Below are positions 55,135 through 64,000 of a stretch of DNA of 64,000 nucleotides, piece by piece. The notes under the pieces were generated by a model. The model made no database searches, was not told where the DNA came from, and worked only from the letters and a program-made list of their open reading frames with translations. The position numbers and the translations under genes are program-made. The DNA is from a virus, in the IMG/VR virus record IMGVR_UViG_3300020442_002635, positions 24,417 to 88,416 of that record, one strand, 5' to 3'. The first letter of the stretch is position 1; the number at the start of each line of letters is the position of its first letter.

Positions 55135-57252
55135 TCAAAGTACCCCCAATGTTTTGATCTTGCTGAGAGAATTTTGGAAGTCTGCAGCAAACTGAGGAAG
55201 TTGTTGACTAGTTTGTGATTGAGGACTTTCAGAGAAATCAGAATTAATTAGATCTGCAATCTCACCTAACATAGCAGTCGGTGATTGCATTGGTGGAGGT
55301 GAAACACTTGGAGGAGTTGTTGCAGGTCTAAATTTAGCAGCAGTTGCAACTGTGCTACTTGGAGAAGAAGATCCTCCAGAAGATGGAGATACTGAGGAAG
55401 CAATTGAACTGCTTGCAGGAGAACTGGTAGGAACATCCTTCAAATATGATGCGCCACCAGTTCCTTTTCCTTTTATCAAACTCACAATAGTTGGTGCTCT
55501 TCTACCAACTTGCCCATACCATGCACTATCCATCAATTCATTTCCAGCAGTCTCATAATCACCAGCAGCAAATGCTTTCTTGAATGATGGGAATCCACTT
55601 GCCCATGCAGGGCCCATGTTAAAAGTTAAATCTATAAGTGCTGCCTTTTGTTGTCCACTTGCTTTTTCATAACCTGGAATTTTTTCTGCTGCTTTTTTAT
55701 GATGTTCGTAATCATCATCAAACAATTGATTTGCTTTTTCGTCAGTGATCGTATCGCCTACATTTAAACCTTTAACTGGAGAACCTGAGTCAATTAAGTG
55801 ACCATATCCAACTGTAGGGAATCCCAGACTATCCTGATACACCTCTAATCTTTTTCCTTCATGGACTTTAATCATTGACTTAGCAAAGGAATCATAATTC
55901 CCTGCATCTCCACCACTAGATGCAGTATCAGTAGTTTTTGGTTTCCCTGTTCCAGCCCATCCTAAAACATCCCACCATGCTCTTCCTCCTCCACCAGTGG
56001 TATCCGTTTCTTGTTTTTCTTTAGTTCTTCCTCCAGGTTCTCCTCCCATATGACCACCACCTTGAGCATATGTAACACCACCTCTAATCATAGGGCGATT
56101 AGTTCCGCCACCCATAGCATTCATACCTGCTAAAGTATCTGTACCATACTTATTAACAGCACCTCTACTCATTACAAACTCACCAGGTGCCAGCATTGCA
56201 GGAATAGTATCCTCATTAGGACCACTGCCAGGAACCTTACCACCACCTTTCATTTGTACTGGTTCTTTAAGATTCTCAGTTTCTTCTTTCTTGCTCTGAG
56301 CCTCTTGTAATTCTGGCGGAAGCAGAGAATCAACTTCCACTCCTTCTTCTGCTGCCTTTAAATCTTGTTCTGCTTTCTTTGCATCCTTTTCTGTTTTTTC
56401 CCCAAATCCAAGTAATTGTTTTGTAGCATCAAATAGTTTAGGAACAAATGCTATGGCAAGTCCAGTTATTGCTGCAATCAATCCAACAGGACCAAGTAGT
56501 GCTCCACCAAATAATATCAACCCACCAAGCATGGCAGGCCACCAATCTTTGACAAATCTGAATATCGTTTTTATTTTATCTGTATTTTCTTTATCACTAA
56601 ACCACTCAAAGATACTCATTGCAACTCGACCTAAAAATACAGTGGTCAAGTAATTCATAATTTTATCAAAGATACTCTTTACAGGAGAAAGAACTTTTCC
56701 TACTGTCTTTGCAATTCCTTTAAAAATATTTGATTCTAATCTCTTCTCTTTCTTTGCTCTCCTTTCTTTTTCATCATCTCTTCTATCTTTCTTGCTTTTC
56801 TTTTCTTCTAACTTTTTCTCCTCAGCAAGAGTTTCTCTTATAGAATCAATACCCTTTAGGATATCTTCTAAATTTTCTTCAGTCTCCTCTGATATAGGAG
56901 GTGGAATTATACTTGATATATTTGATAATGATCCTCCAGGAGATTTTACAATAGCACTTCCTTTACCAAGACTTCTATTATTTTTTCCTGCTCCTACAGA
57001 TTCAGTCTGTGCTTTTTTCTTTGCTAAGACTTTTTCTACAAAGGTTTCAAATCCAATCTTATCATTTCTCTTTTTAAATCCTTCTTTCCTTTCTTCAGAA
57101 GTTAATGCTTCACCACCAATTGTCCCTGAAGTTGTTATCTCTTCAAGGTAAGCTTGATATCTATCTTCTCCAAAAAACTTTGCAGGAGCAATGGCTCCAC
57201 CCTTACTGGGCCCCTCTTCTCTTATTGATTTAAGGAGGTCATCCAGATCCAT
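55135..57252 (-). CDS. Tail/baseplate hub protein with GH24 (T4-type) lysozyme domain
   Basis: HEG.RL.VY.DS.G.PTVGYGHL (E-x8-D-x5-T); FNMG; DS.WY.QVG.RA; DTIPAMLAPGEFV. Confidence 0.8.
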   Translation of the reverse strand: MDLDDLLKSIREEGPSKGGAIAPAKFFGEDRYQAYLEEITTSGTIGGEALTSEERKEGFKKRNDKIGFETFVEKVLAKKKAQTESVGAGKNNRSLGKGSAIVKSPGGSLSNISSIIPPPISEETEENLEDILKGIDSIRETLAEEKKLEEKKSKKDRRDDEKERRAKKEKRLESNIFKGIAKTVGKVLSPVKSIFDKIMNYLTTVFLGRVAMSIFEWFSDKENTDKIKTIFRFVKDWWPAMLGGLILFGGALLGPVGLIAAITGLAIAFVPKLFDATKQLLGFGEKTEKDAKKAEQDLKAAEEGVEVDSLLPPELQEAQSKKEETENLKEPVQMKGGGKVPGSGPNEDTIPAMLAPGEFVMSRGAVNKYGTDTLAGMNAMGGGTNRPMIRGGVTYAQGGGHMGGEPGGRTKEKQETDTTGGGGRAWWDVLGWAGTGKPKTTDTASSGGDAGNYDSFAKSMIKVHEGKRLEVYQDSLGFPTVGYGHLIDSGSPVKGLNVGDTITDEKANQLFDDDYEHHKKAAEKIPGYEKASGQQKAALIDLTFNMGPAWASGFPSFKKAFAAGDYETAGNELMDSAWYGQVGRRAPTIVSLIKGKGTGGASYLKDVPTSSPASSSIASSVSPSSGGSSSPSSTVATAAKFRPATTPPSVSPPPMQSPTAMLGEIADLINSDFSESPQSQTSQQLPQFAADFQNSLSKIKTLGVL

Positions 57253-57421
57253 TTGCTTGTTGCTGCTTTAATTTTTCTTCCTCAAGATGCTGCTGCAATA
57301 ATGCAACATAGATGTCTCGTTCCCAAGGCATCATGTTTTCAATCTCTGTCAATGAGTATTTATGGTACTGCATCAAGGCAAAATTGAGACGGAAGTAGTT
57401 CTCAAGATCCATATGGATCAT
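57239..57421 (-). CDS. gp51: Baseplate hub assembly catalyst gp51
   Basis: NFALMQYHKYSLTEIENMMPWERDIYV; directly follows gp26. Confidence 0.85.
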   Translation of the reverse strand: MIHMDLENYFRLNFALMQYHKYSLTEIENMMPWERDIYVALLQQHLEEEKLKQQQANGSG

Positions 57422-57423
57422 GC

Positions 57424-58143
57424 CTATGCGAAAAAAGATGCTAGTCCCTCAAGTACAACTTCACTTTCAACTTTTGTTTTTGGATTAGTAACTGTAAGAG
57501 TATGAGAAAGTTTTGGCATTGTTTGGAAGAACTTCTCAATCTCTTTGAACTGAGAAGAGTTCATCGATTCAAGGAAATCTCTTACCTCTTTCTTAGTACA
57601 GTCTGCTGCAGCCCAAACCTCATCTTCACTAAAGATCTTATCAATACATGATGCAATCAAATCAAACGATTGCTCCATTCCACTCTTATCATTAAAATCA
57701 AAATTATTTTTAATGAACTGATCAAGAGATGGATACTTAAGTTCCATCATCAAAGATTCATCAAGTTTAATCTTATTAGTGTGCTCATCAGTTCTCTGAA
57801 CTTCAATATCATCAAGATTGATATTAACAGTTACTTGAGTTTCTTCATCATCAGGACATATGATATTTACATCCAACTCTTCACCAACAGACTTACCACG
57901 AATATTTAAAAACAAATATTCAATATCAAAAGTAGGAAGAGTTTCTACTTTGATACCTTTAGTCAATACACAGTTAGAGATAACAGACTTAATTGCTGTA
58001 CTGATTTGTTTAGTATCCTCACTCTCCAGTGCAATGACAAGAACCTTCTCCTCTTTAACCAGGAAAGGTCTGTACTTTATTGATTTTCCTGTGGATGGCA
58101 ACTCAAGTTCATAAGTTGGCGTAGCAATTTTAGGTAAAGGCAT
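57424..58143 (-). CDS. gp26: Baseplate hub subunit gp26
   Basis: MPLPKI.TP.YEL.LPS...YRPFLVKEEK...FDIEYLFL.IR.KSVGE...LEGL.SFF. Confidence 0.92.
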   Translation of the reverse strand: MPLPKIATPTYELELPSTGKSIKYRPFLVKEEKVLVIALESEDTKQISTAIKSVISNCVLTKGIKVETLPTFDIEYLFLNIRGKSVGEELDVNIICPDDEETQVTVNINLDDIEVQRTDEHTNKIKLDESLMMELKYPSLDQFIKNNFDFNDKSGMEQSFDLIASCIDKIFSEDEVWAAADCTKKEVRDFLESMNSSQFKEIEKFFQTMPKLSHTLTVTNPKTKVESEVVLEGLASFFA

Positions 58144-58182
58144 AATATCCTATAGAAGTTTCAGTATGATTATTTATTGTGA

Positions 58183-58932
58183 TTAGAATAAGTTACTAAT
58201 AGATTCTCCAAAATCACTAATTGCATTTCCAGCTGCATTAGCAATTGCTCTAGGAATACCACCTATGGTAGTAAGTAAATCATTTGCTTGAGCAAAACCT
58301 GCAGGTGTTAGTGAACTTGGATTGGAATTACTTGGGTTTCCAGGTCTAGTTACGTACCTAATGTACGTCATAGAAACAGTACATTTCAAAAGAGAAGAAG
58401 ACTCATATGAAACGGGCATAGATGAAATGCTTAGAGGATAACTCTTTACAAATTCATATTCTAAAGAAGAACTATAATCCCTCTCAAACTTAATGACCTT
58501 GAGTCCAGCAGCAGCATACTCATTAGAGTATCTCATTCTATAAGAGTATGTTGGATCAAGAGGATTTTTTCCATCATCTTTCATTTCATTATCTTCATCA
58601 GTAATGAAACGAATCCATGCTTCAAAGAATCTAATAGGTAGATAATTCTGAGCATCAACATAAAATGTTAAATCAATTCTATCATCAAACTGTCTTCTGT
58701 ATGCATGTTTCTCAGAGACACCTGTGAAATCATCCTTAATATCTAATGTTGTCAATTGGGATCCAGGAAGACTGGCTTCAGAACACATCAGATTTAATTG
58801 ATCCTGATTTGCTCCCAGCAACCTCTGCACAAATCCTGCATTAGGAAGTCCAATCTCAACTTCAAAGTGAGACGATAATGAAGGTCTGAGTAAGTTTGAT
58901 TTAATGTCTGAAATTGACCTTTTCTTAGGCAT
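58183..58932 (-). CDS. Tail tube-like protein (gp19/gp54 family)
   Basis: C.EASLPG...AYRR.FD..I.LTFYVD...FFE.W...YP.SI.S.PVSY...C.V...Y. Confidence 0.7.
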   Translation of the reverse strand: MPKKRSISDIKSNLLRPSLSSHFEVEIGLPNAGFVQRLLGANQDQLNLMCSEASLPGSQLTTLDIKDDFTGVSEKHAYRRQFDDRIDLTFYVDAQNYLPIRFFEAWIRFITDEDNEMKDDGKNPLDPTYSYRMRYSNEYAAAGLKVIKFERDYSSSLEYEFVKSYPLSISSMPVSYESSSLLKCTVSMTYIRYVTRPGNPSNSNPSSLTPAGFAQANDLLTTIGGIPRAIANAAGNAISDFGESISNLF

Positions 58933-58933
58933 T

Positions 58934-58941
58934 TATAAATA
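58934..58941 (+). promoter_or_regulatory. T4-type late promoter
   Basis: TATAAATA upstream of gp4. Confidence 0.75.
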
Positions 58942-58964
58942 ATTTTTAACCTTATATATTATGT

Positions 58965-59408
58965 ATGGGAGAAAGTATTAAAAGTAAATACAAACCTTCT
59001 TTTCCAAAGAAGTATAAAGGTGATCCTAATAATATTATATGTCGTAGTAGTTGGGAAAGAAAGTTCTGTAGATATTGTGACCTAAATGAAAATGTACTTG
59101 AATGGGGTAGTGAGGAATTTTACATTCCTTATATCTCACCTGTAGATAATAGGGTTCATAAGTACTTTCCTGATTTTATCATGAAAGTCAAAGAGAGTAC
59201 AGGTAAGACAAAGACTTATGTTGTCGAAGTAAAACCAAAGAAGCAAACAGCACCACCAAAGAAACCAAAAAGACAGACAAAGTCATATTTGTACGAGTGC
59301 AAAACATATGCTGTCAACCAAGCAAAATGGAAAGCTGCGGTTGAATTTTGTGAAGATAGAAGAATTGAATTCAAAATCATCACAGAACAAGAGTTAGGTA
59401 TTAAATGA
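58965..59408 (+). CDS. gp4: Head completion protein gp4
   Basis: P.KYKGD...I..RSSWE..F...CD.N..V..W.SEE..IPY.SP.D...H.YFPDF...EVKP.KQ...N.AKW.AA. Confidence 0.92.
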   Translation: MGESIKSKYKPSFPKKYKGDPNNIICRSSWERKFCRYCDLNENVLEWGSEEFYIPYISPVDNRVHKYFPDFIMKVKESTGKTKTYVVEVKPKKQTAPPKKPKRQTKSYLYECKTYAVNQAKWKAAVEFCEDRRIEFKIITEQELGIK

Positions 59409-59752
59409 GCAGGATAGAACCTTATAGAGATGAATTAGATAATCTCTCATCTCAAGATGACATAATGGAAAGACTCATTGAAATCTTGAGTGACGAAGTT
59501 CTGTATCCTGAACCTGGAAAGTTTTACACTTTTATCTACAATGCAAAGACTCCAAACATTCAATACGATGAGTATCCACTTATTGCTTGTACAGAATTAG
59601 AGCGATGGGGATTTAAAGGTTTCAACTTTCACCTAAGAAAACCAAGACAATATACCTGGGAAGAGGTCATAGGAAAACTTCACGTCGTAAACTACGATGA
59701 AGTTGATGATCTTAACGCATTACAATATGGAAAACTGCGTCTAAATAAATAA
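59405..59752 (+). CDS. DNA end protector gp2-like protein
   Basis: PGKFYTF.Y.AKT....YD.YPL...GF.G.NFH; follows gp4. Confidence 0.6.
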   Translation: MSRIEPYRDELDNLSSQDDIMERLIEILSDEVLYPEPGKFYTFIYNAKTPNIQYDEYPLIACTELERWGFKGFNFHLRKPRQYTWEEVIGKLHVVNYDEVDDLNALQYGKLRLNK

Positions 59753-59766
59753 AAACCATCTGTTAG

Positions 59767-61056
59767 ATGACTGTTGTAACGAGTAAACCTAGTCCGGTAA
59801 CTATAGGACAGGGGAGAAACAAAGAAACAATCTACACTGCAACTAGAACTACAAAGTTGGCAGATGGTACATATGATGTTGACATCCTACAGTATAGTGA
59901 TGCACAAGGAGCAGGTGGGAAAGTTATAGGATCTAGAGATCCAGGAAATCCAAACAAAATAAATTTTAACAGTAACGCCAGCGGTAAAATCAAACAAAAT
60001 AGCAATAGGATCTCAAGCGCATCAAAGAATCAGATGGAATCGATGCGAGGTGAGTTTGTCACAAAGTCTCAAGAAGCAGAAGCATATAATAGCGCAAACG
60101 GAAATAGAAATACAGCACCAGCTCCCCCAGATAATTCAGACAACTCTCAAGGAAATCCAGACCAAACATCAACACCAGCAAGTATAGCAGAAACAAAAAC
60201 AAGTAAACCTGCTAGAAAAGATTTTGGAAGTGCAACATACCCTCTTGGTTTAGGTAATTCAAAGCAAGATGTGGTTATGTTTACTATGATGGAATATCAA
60301 CCAAGAAAACTTAGTTCATCTAGAGGTCAATTTGGATTCAGTGATAGAGACTCGAATAGAAATTCTATAGGATCTGTTACTCTTCCAGTCCCTTCTGGTA
60401 TTCAAGATAGTAATGGTTGTGATTGGGGTAGTGGCAATATGAATGCTCTAGAAATTGCAGCAGGAATAGCAGCACTACAAGGAATCAAAGGTGATTTTAA
60501 AGGTGCAGCAAATACTGCTGCAAATGCTGTTGGTACTGCAACTGGAGCAGGAGCAGGAGATATGAAAGATGCTATTGCAGGTCTAATGGCAGGAGCAGCT
60601 ACTGGAACTGGAGGACAGTTGCTTGCAAGAACTGTAGGTGCAGTCATCAACCCTAACATGGAATTGTTATTTAAAGGTCCTACGCTAAGAGATTTTTCAT
60701 TCACGTATAAATTATCTCCTAGAAGTAAAGAAGAAGCAGAAAGTATAATTCGTATTATTCGTTTCTTTAAACAAGGAATGTCTCCAATCAAATCAGATTC
60801 TAATCTGTTCCTGAAGGCTCCACATACATTCAAAATTCAATATAAATTGAGAGGAGAAGAAGATCATCCATACATAGGTAAAATAAAAGAGTGTGCTCTG
60901 AAGACTGTAGGAGTTCAATATACTCCTGAAGGTTCATATGCAACATATCATGATGGCACGATGGCCTCATATCAAATGACACTTTCATTCTCTGAACTTG
61001 AACCAATCTTTAATAATGATTACGAAGATGATAACGATCAATCATTAGGTTTCTAA
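59767..61056 (+). CDS. gp48: Baseplate tail tube cap gp48
   Basis: LP.P..I.D.N...W; NPNMELLFKGP.LR.F.F...L.PR...EA..I..II..FK; CAL..V.V.YTP; L.F.ELEP. Confidence 0.88.
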   Translation: MTVVTSKPSPVTIGQGRNKETIYTATRTTKLADGTYDVDILQYSDAQGAGGKVIGSRDPGNPNKINFNSNASGKIKQNSNRISSASKNQMESMRGEFVTKSQEAEAYNSANGNRNTAPAPPDNSDNSQGNPDQTSTPASIAETKTSKPARKDFGSATYPLGLGNSKQDVVMFTMMEYQPRKLSSSRGQFGFSDRDSNRNSIGSVTLPVPSGIQDSNGCDWGSGNMNALEIAAGIAALQGIKGDFKGAANTAANAVGTATGAGAGDMKDAIAGLMAGAATGTGGQLLARTVGAVINPNMELLFKGPTLRDFSFTYKLSPRSKEEAESIIRIIRFFKQGMSPIKSDSNLFLKAPHTFKIQYKLRGEEDHPYIGKIKECALKTVGVQYTPEGSYATYHDGTMASYQMTLSFSELEPIFNNDYEDDNDQSLGF

Positions 61057-61057
61057 A

Positions 61058-61729
61058 ATGTCAAATTACTTTAGTCAAGTTCCAGATTTTGAATACACTA
61101 GTATACTTCCAGATGCCAAACTGGGAGATTTCTTTGCAGTAAAGAACTTCTTCAAGAGAGGAAAACTTCGCGACGATATTATACAAAATGTAGCAGTATT
61201 TGAAAAATATCAAATCAAAGGTAATGATAGACCAGACAATGTTGCCTTTGATTTCTATGGAGACTCATCTTTAGATTGGGTTGTGCTTCTTTCAAATAAT
61301 ATTCTCAATATTCAAACTGAATGGCCACTTCTTCAAAATGATTTTGATAGTTACTTGCTAGAAAAATACGGCGACTATCAGACTTTGTATAGTGGGATTC
61401 ATCATCATGAATCAATGGAAATTAAAAATGCTGCAGGTGTTGTTGTCTTTCCTGAAGGAGTGCATATAGATTCACCATATAACTTCTCTTACTATGATGC
61501 AGGTTTGGAAGGAGGTCTTGTAGTAACTCAAGATATTTCAACTCCAGTCACAAACTATCAATATGAAGAAAAAATAGAAGACGAAAAAAGAAATATATTC
61601 TTACTCAAACCAAGATACTTGAATGTAGTTAAGGATGATCTTGAAGAACTCATGCTATACAAAAAGGGTTCCACCCAGTATGTGAGTGAAACCCTTAAGA
61701 AAGCAGATAATATTAGACTATATCAATAA
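61058..61729 (+). CDS. gp53: Baseplate wedge subunit gp53
   Basis: YF...P..EY...KN.F.R; Y.I....RPD.VA...YG...LDWVVL..NNI.....WP; HH.E; NY.YE....D.KR.I.LLKP. Confidence 0.9.
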   Translation: MSNYFSQVPDFEYTSILPDAKLGDFFAVKNFFKRGKLRDDIIQNVAVFEKYQIKGNDRPDNVAFDFYGDSSLDWVVLLSNNILNIQTEWPLLQNDFDSYLLEKYGDYQTLYSGIHHHESMEIKNAAGVVVFPEGVHIDSPYNFSYYDAGLEGGLVVTQDISTPVTNYQYEEKIEDEKRNIFLLKPRYLNVVKDDLEELMLYKKGSTQYVSETLKKADNIRLYQ

Positions 61730-62701
61730 TCATTCCTCAGCAAGACGCTGGAAGTAAGACAAAGCATCATCTTCATCTGAGTCAGCAGACTTGGTAGGAG
61801 TGATGTCTTGACTATTGAAGTCACGGCCTTCACTCAGAGAATCAAGTTCGTTCTTCATGCTTTGAGGCATGGGATTAGATTCTCGTGAAGAGAAGTTAGG
61901 AGTGTAACTACCACGATCATTGTCCTCATCATTGGTCTCTTCATCAAAACGACGAGAGGCAGGTTTCTGACCCAGAACCATCTTCAGACGCTTCTCAAGA
62001 TCTTCATAGGACTTGAACTGGTCTGCAGCAGTCAGAGCAGAGAGAGAATACTGCTTCTTCCAGATTGCTTCGAGAGCGTCATCATCATCAAGTAGAGCAC
62101 TAGTTGGTGCAAACTCAGAAGCATCATAGTTCCAGTAACCATCTTTCTTCTTGAGCTTCAGTTTGAAGTTTGCACCCTGCCAGAAGTCAAAGGGATTGAT
62201 TGCTTCCTCATCCTCAAACTCAGGTTGCATTGCTTCCATGATCTTATCGAAGATCTTCTTACCAAACTTGTAGAGGAAGACACGACCTTCGTTCTGAGGA
62301 TTTGCTTTGTCCTGCACAACATAGATGTTGGCATAATAGGACAGTTTACGCTTCTGCTTACGAACAGTGTCCTTATCAGCATCGCTGCCACTGTTCCACA
62401 GTTCACGATTATACTCACCAAGAGGATCTTTCTGACCAATCGTAGTCAGAGAATTCTCAATGTACCATCCACCAGGGCCTTGGAATGCATGGGAATACAT
62501 CTTCGCCCAAGGGAGTTCCTCTCCATCAGGAGCAGGAAGAAAACGGATAACGGCATAACCATTACCAGTCTTGTCCATCTCAGGTTTCCAGAGGCGATCA
62601 TCACCTCCACCACCAGTGTTGTTCATCTTCTCAACTTCCTTAACAAGTTTGGAAGTCAGAGAACCAAGAGAGGACTGCTTTTTAAGATTAGAAAAAGACA
62701 T
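61730..62701 (-). CDS. gp32: Single-stranded DNA-binding protein gp32
   Basis: DDRLWKP..DK.GNGYAVIRFLP...HAFQGPGGWYIENSLTT...FGKKIFDKI...FW.GANFKLK; acidic tail. Confidence 0.96.
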   Translation of the reverse strand: MSFSNLKKQSSLGSLTSKLVKEVEKMNNTGGGGDDRLWKPEMDKTGNGYAVIRFLPAPDGEELPWAKMYSHAFQGPGGWYIENSLTTIGQKDPLGEYNRELWNSGSDADKDTVRKQKRKLSYYANIYVVQDKANPQNEGRVFLYKFGKKIFDKIMEAMQPEFEDEEAINPFDFWQGANFKLKLKKKDGYWNYDASEFAPTSALLDDDDALEAIWKKQYSLSALTAADQFKSYEDLEKRLKMVLGQKPASRRFDEETNDEDNDRGSYTPNFSSRESNPMPQSMKNELDSLSEGRDFNSQDITPTKSADSDEDDALSYFQRLAEE

Positions 62702-62748
62702 AGGATTAATTGGATTCGTTGGATTTGGCTTGTGTGTACTTCGTTATT

Positions 62749-63093
62749 CTACAGGTCTGTGTCTGTGCTGTCAATCTGCTGCTTCATGATGCCTAGCATG
62801 TCAGACATATTGTTAAAGACAACTGACATATCAACATTTGATGGTAGACCCATCATCTTAGCAGAATCCAGGATGCGTTCTTTCATTTCAATTGCTTCTG
62901 GATCATCAGACAAACTCAGTCTCGTATAGAGAATCTTTTGCTTATCTAAGAGTTTCTCCAAAAGATTTACATGCTTAACCTTTTCCTTCTGAGACATGGA
63001 AGGAAACTTAAACACACTGGTATAAACTTCATCTTGAAGTTCACCAATCTCAGTCATTTCTGCACGAACAACTTCTGAATCAAAGAAACTCAT
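62749..63093 (-). CDS. Conserved cyanophage/cyanobacterial protein (DUF1825-like)
   Basis: MSFFDSEVVR.E...LL.KQ.I.Y.RLSLSDDPEA..MK. Confidence 0.7.
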   Translation of the reverse strand: MSFFDSEVVRAEMTEIGELQDEVYTSVFKFPSMSQKEKVKHVNLLEKLLDKQKILYTRLSLSDDPEAIEMKERILDSAKMMGLPSNVDMSVVFNNMSDMLGIMKQQIDSTDTDL

Positions 63094-63692
63094 TTTCCCT
63101 CCAGGACAACACTCTTAAGAACCTTTTTGTAACGGAATACATCTATATGTAGGAAGGGAGAATACTTGGCCATACGTCTCGATACTTGATCCCACACTGG
63201 ATCAGACATTTTTTTGTCAAACTTAGACTTGTAACCAAGTATTCTATCAAGAATAACAAGTGTTTCGATAGAAACTTTATTTTTTAAATACTGTTTGATT
63301 AACTCTGGATGCTGTCCACCTTTGACAGCAAACATCTCATCAAAATTTTTATCTGAGAAAAGAGAATCAACTTCATTTTTGAAAAGATAAGACATGGATT
63401 GAGTTCGCTTTTGCCAGTCCTTAAAATTCTTTTCTCCATACTTAATAATATCAGCCATGTATAGAGACTGGGGATTCTGGCAACTCACAAAATTAGCAAC
63501 AAAGAATTGTTCAATCTCTTTGTTATCATGCTGTCTTGACATCTTTTCAAAGAAAAATCGATCTCTCCTTTTATAAAATGCGTCTAATGATGCTTTACAT
63601 CTTCCATTAAAACGAACATAGTCATATGAGTCCTTGGTGAAGTGAGACTTCATCGCAAGGTACGTCTTATAGCATTCAAAGGGCATCATCAA
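63090..63692 (-). CDS. gp59: Helicase loader gp59
   Basis: Y..YLA.K.HF....YDY......F.KR.DR.FFEK...FFVANF...IETL.IL; position between gp33 and gp32. Confidence 0.85.
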   Translation of the reverse strand: MMMPFECYKTYLAMKSHFTKDSYDYVRFNGRCKASLDAFYKRRDRFFFEKMSRQHDNKEIEQFFVANFVSCQNPQSLYMADIIKYGEKNFKDWQKRTQSMSYLFKNEVDSLFSDKNFDEMFAVKGGQHPELIKQYLKNKVSIETLVILDRILGYKSKFDKKMSDPVWDQVSRRMAKYSPFLHIDVFRYKKVLKSVVLEGK

Positions 63693-63702
63693 AAAAATTA
63701 AT

Positions 63703-63960
63703 TTACAGTGGAAGTTTAGCTCTTGAACTTCTCTTCAAAAAGTTGAGTTCCATTGCCTCATACTTGATCTTTTCTTTCAAGGGCTTTGAAATCAACTTGG
63801 GTACTGACTCTACATCGATCTTATTCAAATCACAGAAGTGAATGATTGCATCGATATAACTCATGTCATCATTATTATGCACAAGAGATTCGATTTCTTG
63901 TGCGAAGCGAGATGGGCAAAAGAATTTACTTTCTAATACTTTTTCTAGTTCATTCTCCAT
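63703..63960 (-). CDS. gp33: Late promoter co-activator gp33 (likely start MENEL at 63960)
   Basis: F..EIE.LV......YIDAI...C....ID.E.V.KLISKPLKEK.K.EA..LNFLK. Confidence 0.9.
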   Translation of the reverse strand: MENELEKVLESKFFCPSRFAQEIESLVHNNDDMSYIDAIIHFCDLNKIDVESVPKLISKPLKEKIKYEAMELNFLKRSSRAKLPL

Positions 63961-64000
63961 TCTCTGTCCTAAGATTGTGAGATACAAATTCTTTAATATA

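Noticed and set aside
54152-55195. 152-aa and 182-aa + strand ORFs
   Set aside because: Antisense shadows of the tape-measure-like gene.
58965-59408. TnsA-like transposase/endonuclease
   Set aside because: This is T4 gp4 head completion protein (same fold) in its normal position; no transposon ends.
62225-62929. 234-aa + strand ORF
   Set aside because: Antisense shadow of the codon-biased gp32 gene; no recognisable motifs.
63950-64000. Possible 3' end of an upstream gene (YIKEFVSHNLRTENGE*), and the longer MYLT start for gp33
   Set aside because: Too short to assign a product; the extended gp33 start overlaps it and is probably not used.

Overview
This window is a 64-kb piece of an AT-rich T4-like cyanomyovirus genome. 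The assignment rests on gp33, gp59, gp32, gp53, gp48, gp4, gp26, gp51 and gp5, a phage CP12 gene, three tRNAs and T4-type late promoters. The right part (~30-64 kb) is the baseplate/tail-fibre module plus replication genes, interrupted by a small sigma70-driven early island of tRNAs and small ORFs. The left part (0.55-29.5 kb) is a minus-strand accessory locus with late promoters. It has nine paralogous RCC1-like beta-propeller genes (70 repeats = ten 7-bladed propellers) falling into three N-terminal classes of three genes each. These flank and interleave a tightly coupled run of 8 2OG-Fe(II) oxygenases (including prolyl-4-hydroxylase-like and PLOD/lysyl-hydroxylase-like enzymes), 8 glycosyltransferase-like genes (GT25, GT2-like, GT34-like, TPR-GT-B, RgpF-like) and a sulfotransferase. 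My best candidate for an undescribed system is a hydroxylate-glycosylate-sulfate protein-modification pathway acting on a recombinationally diversified array of propeller adhesins. All family calls come from motif recognition by eye; no searches were run.
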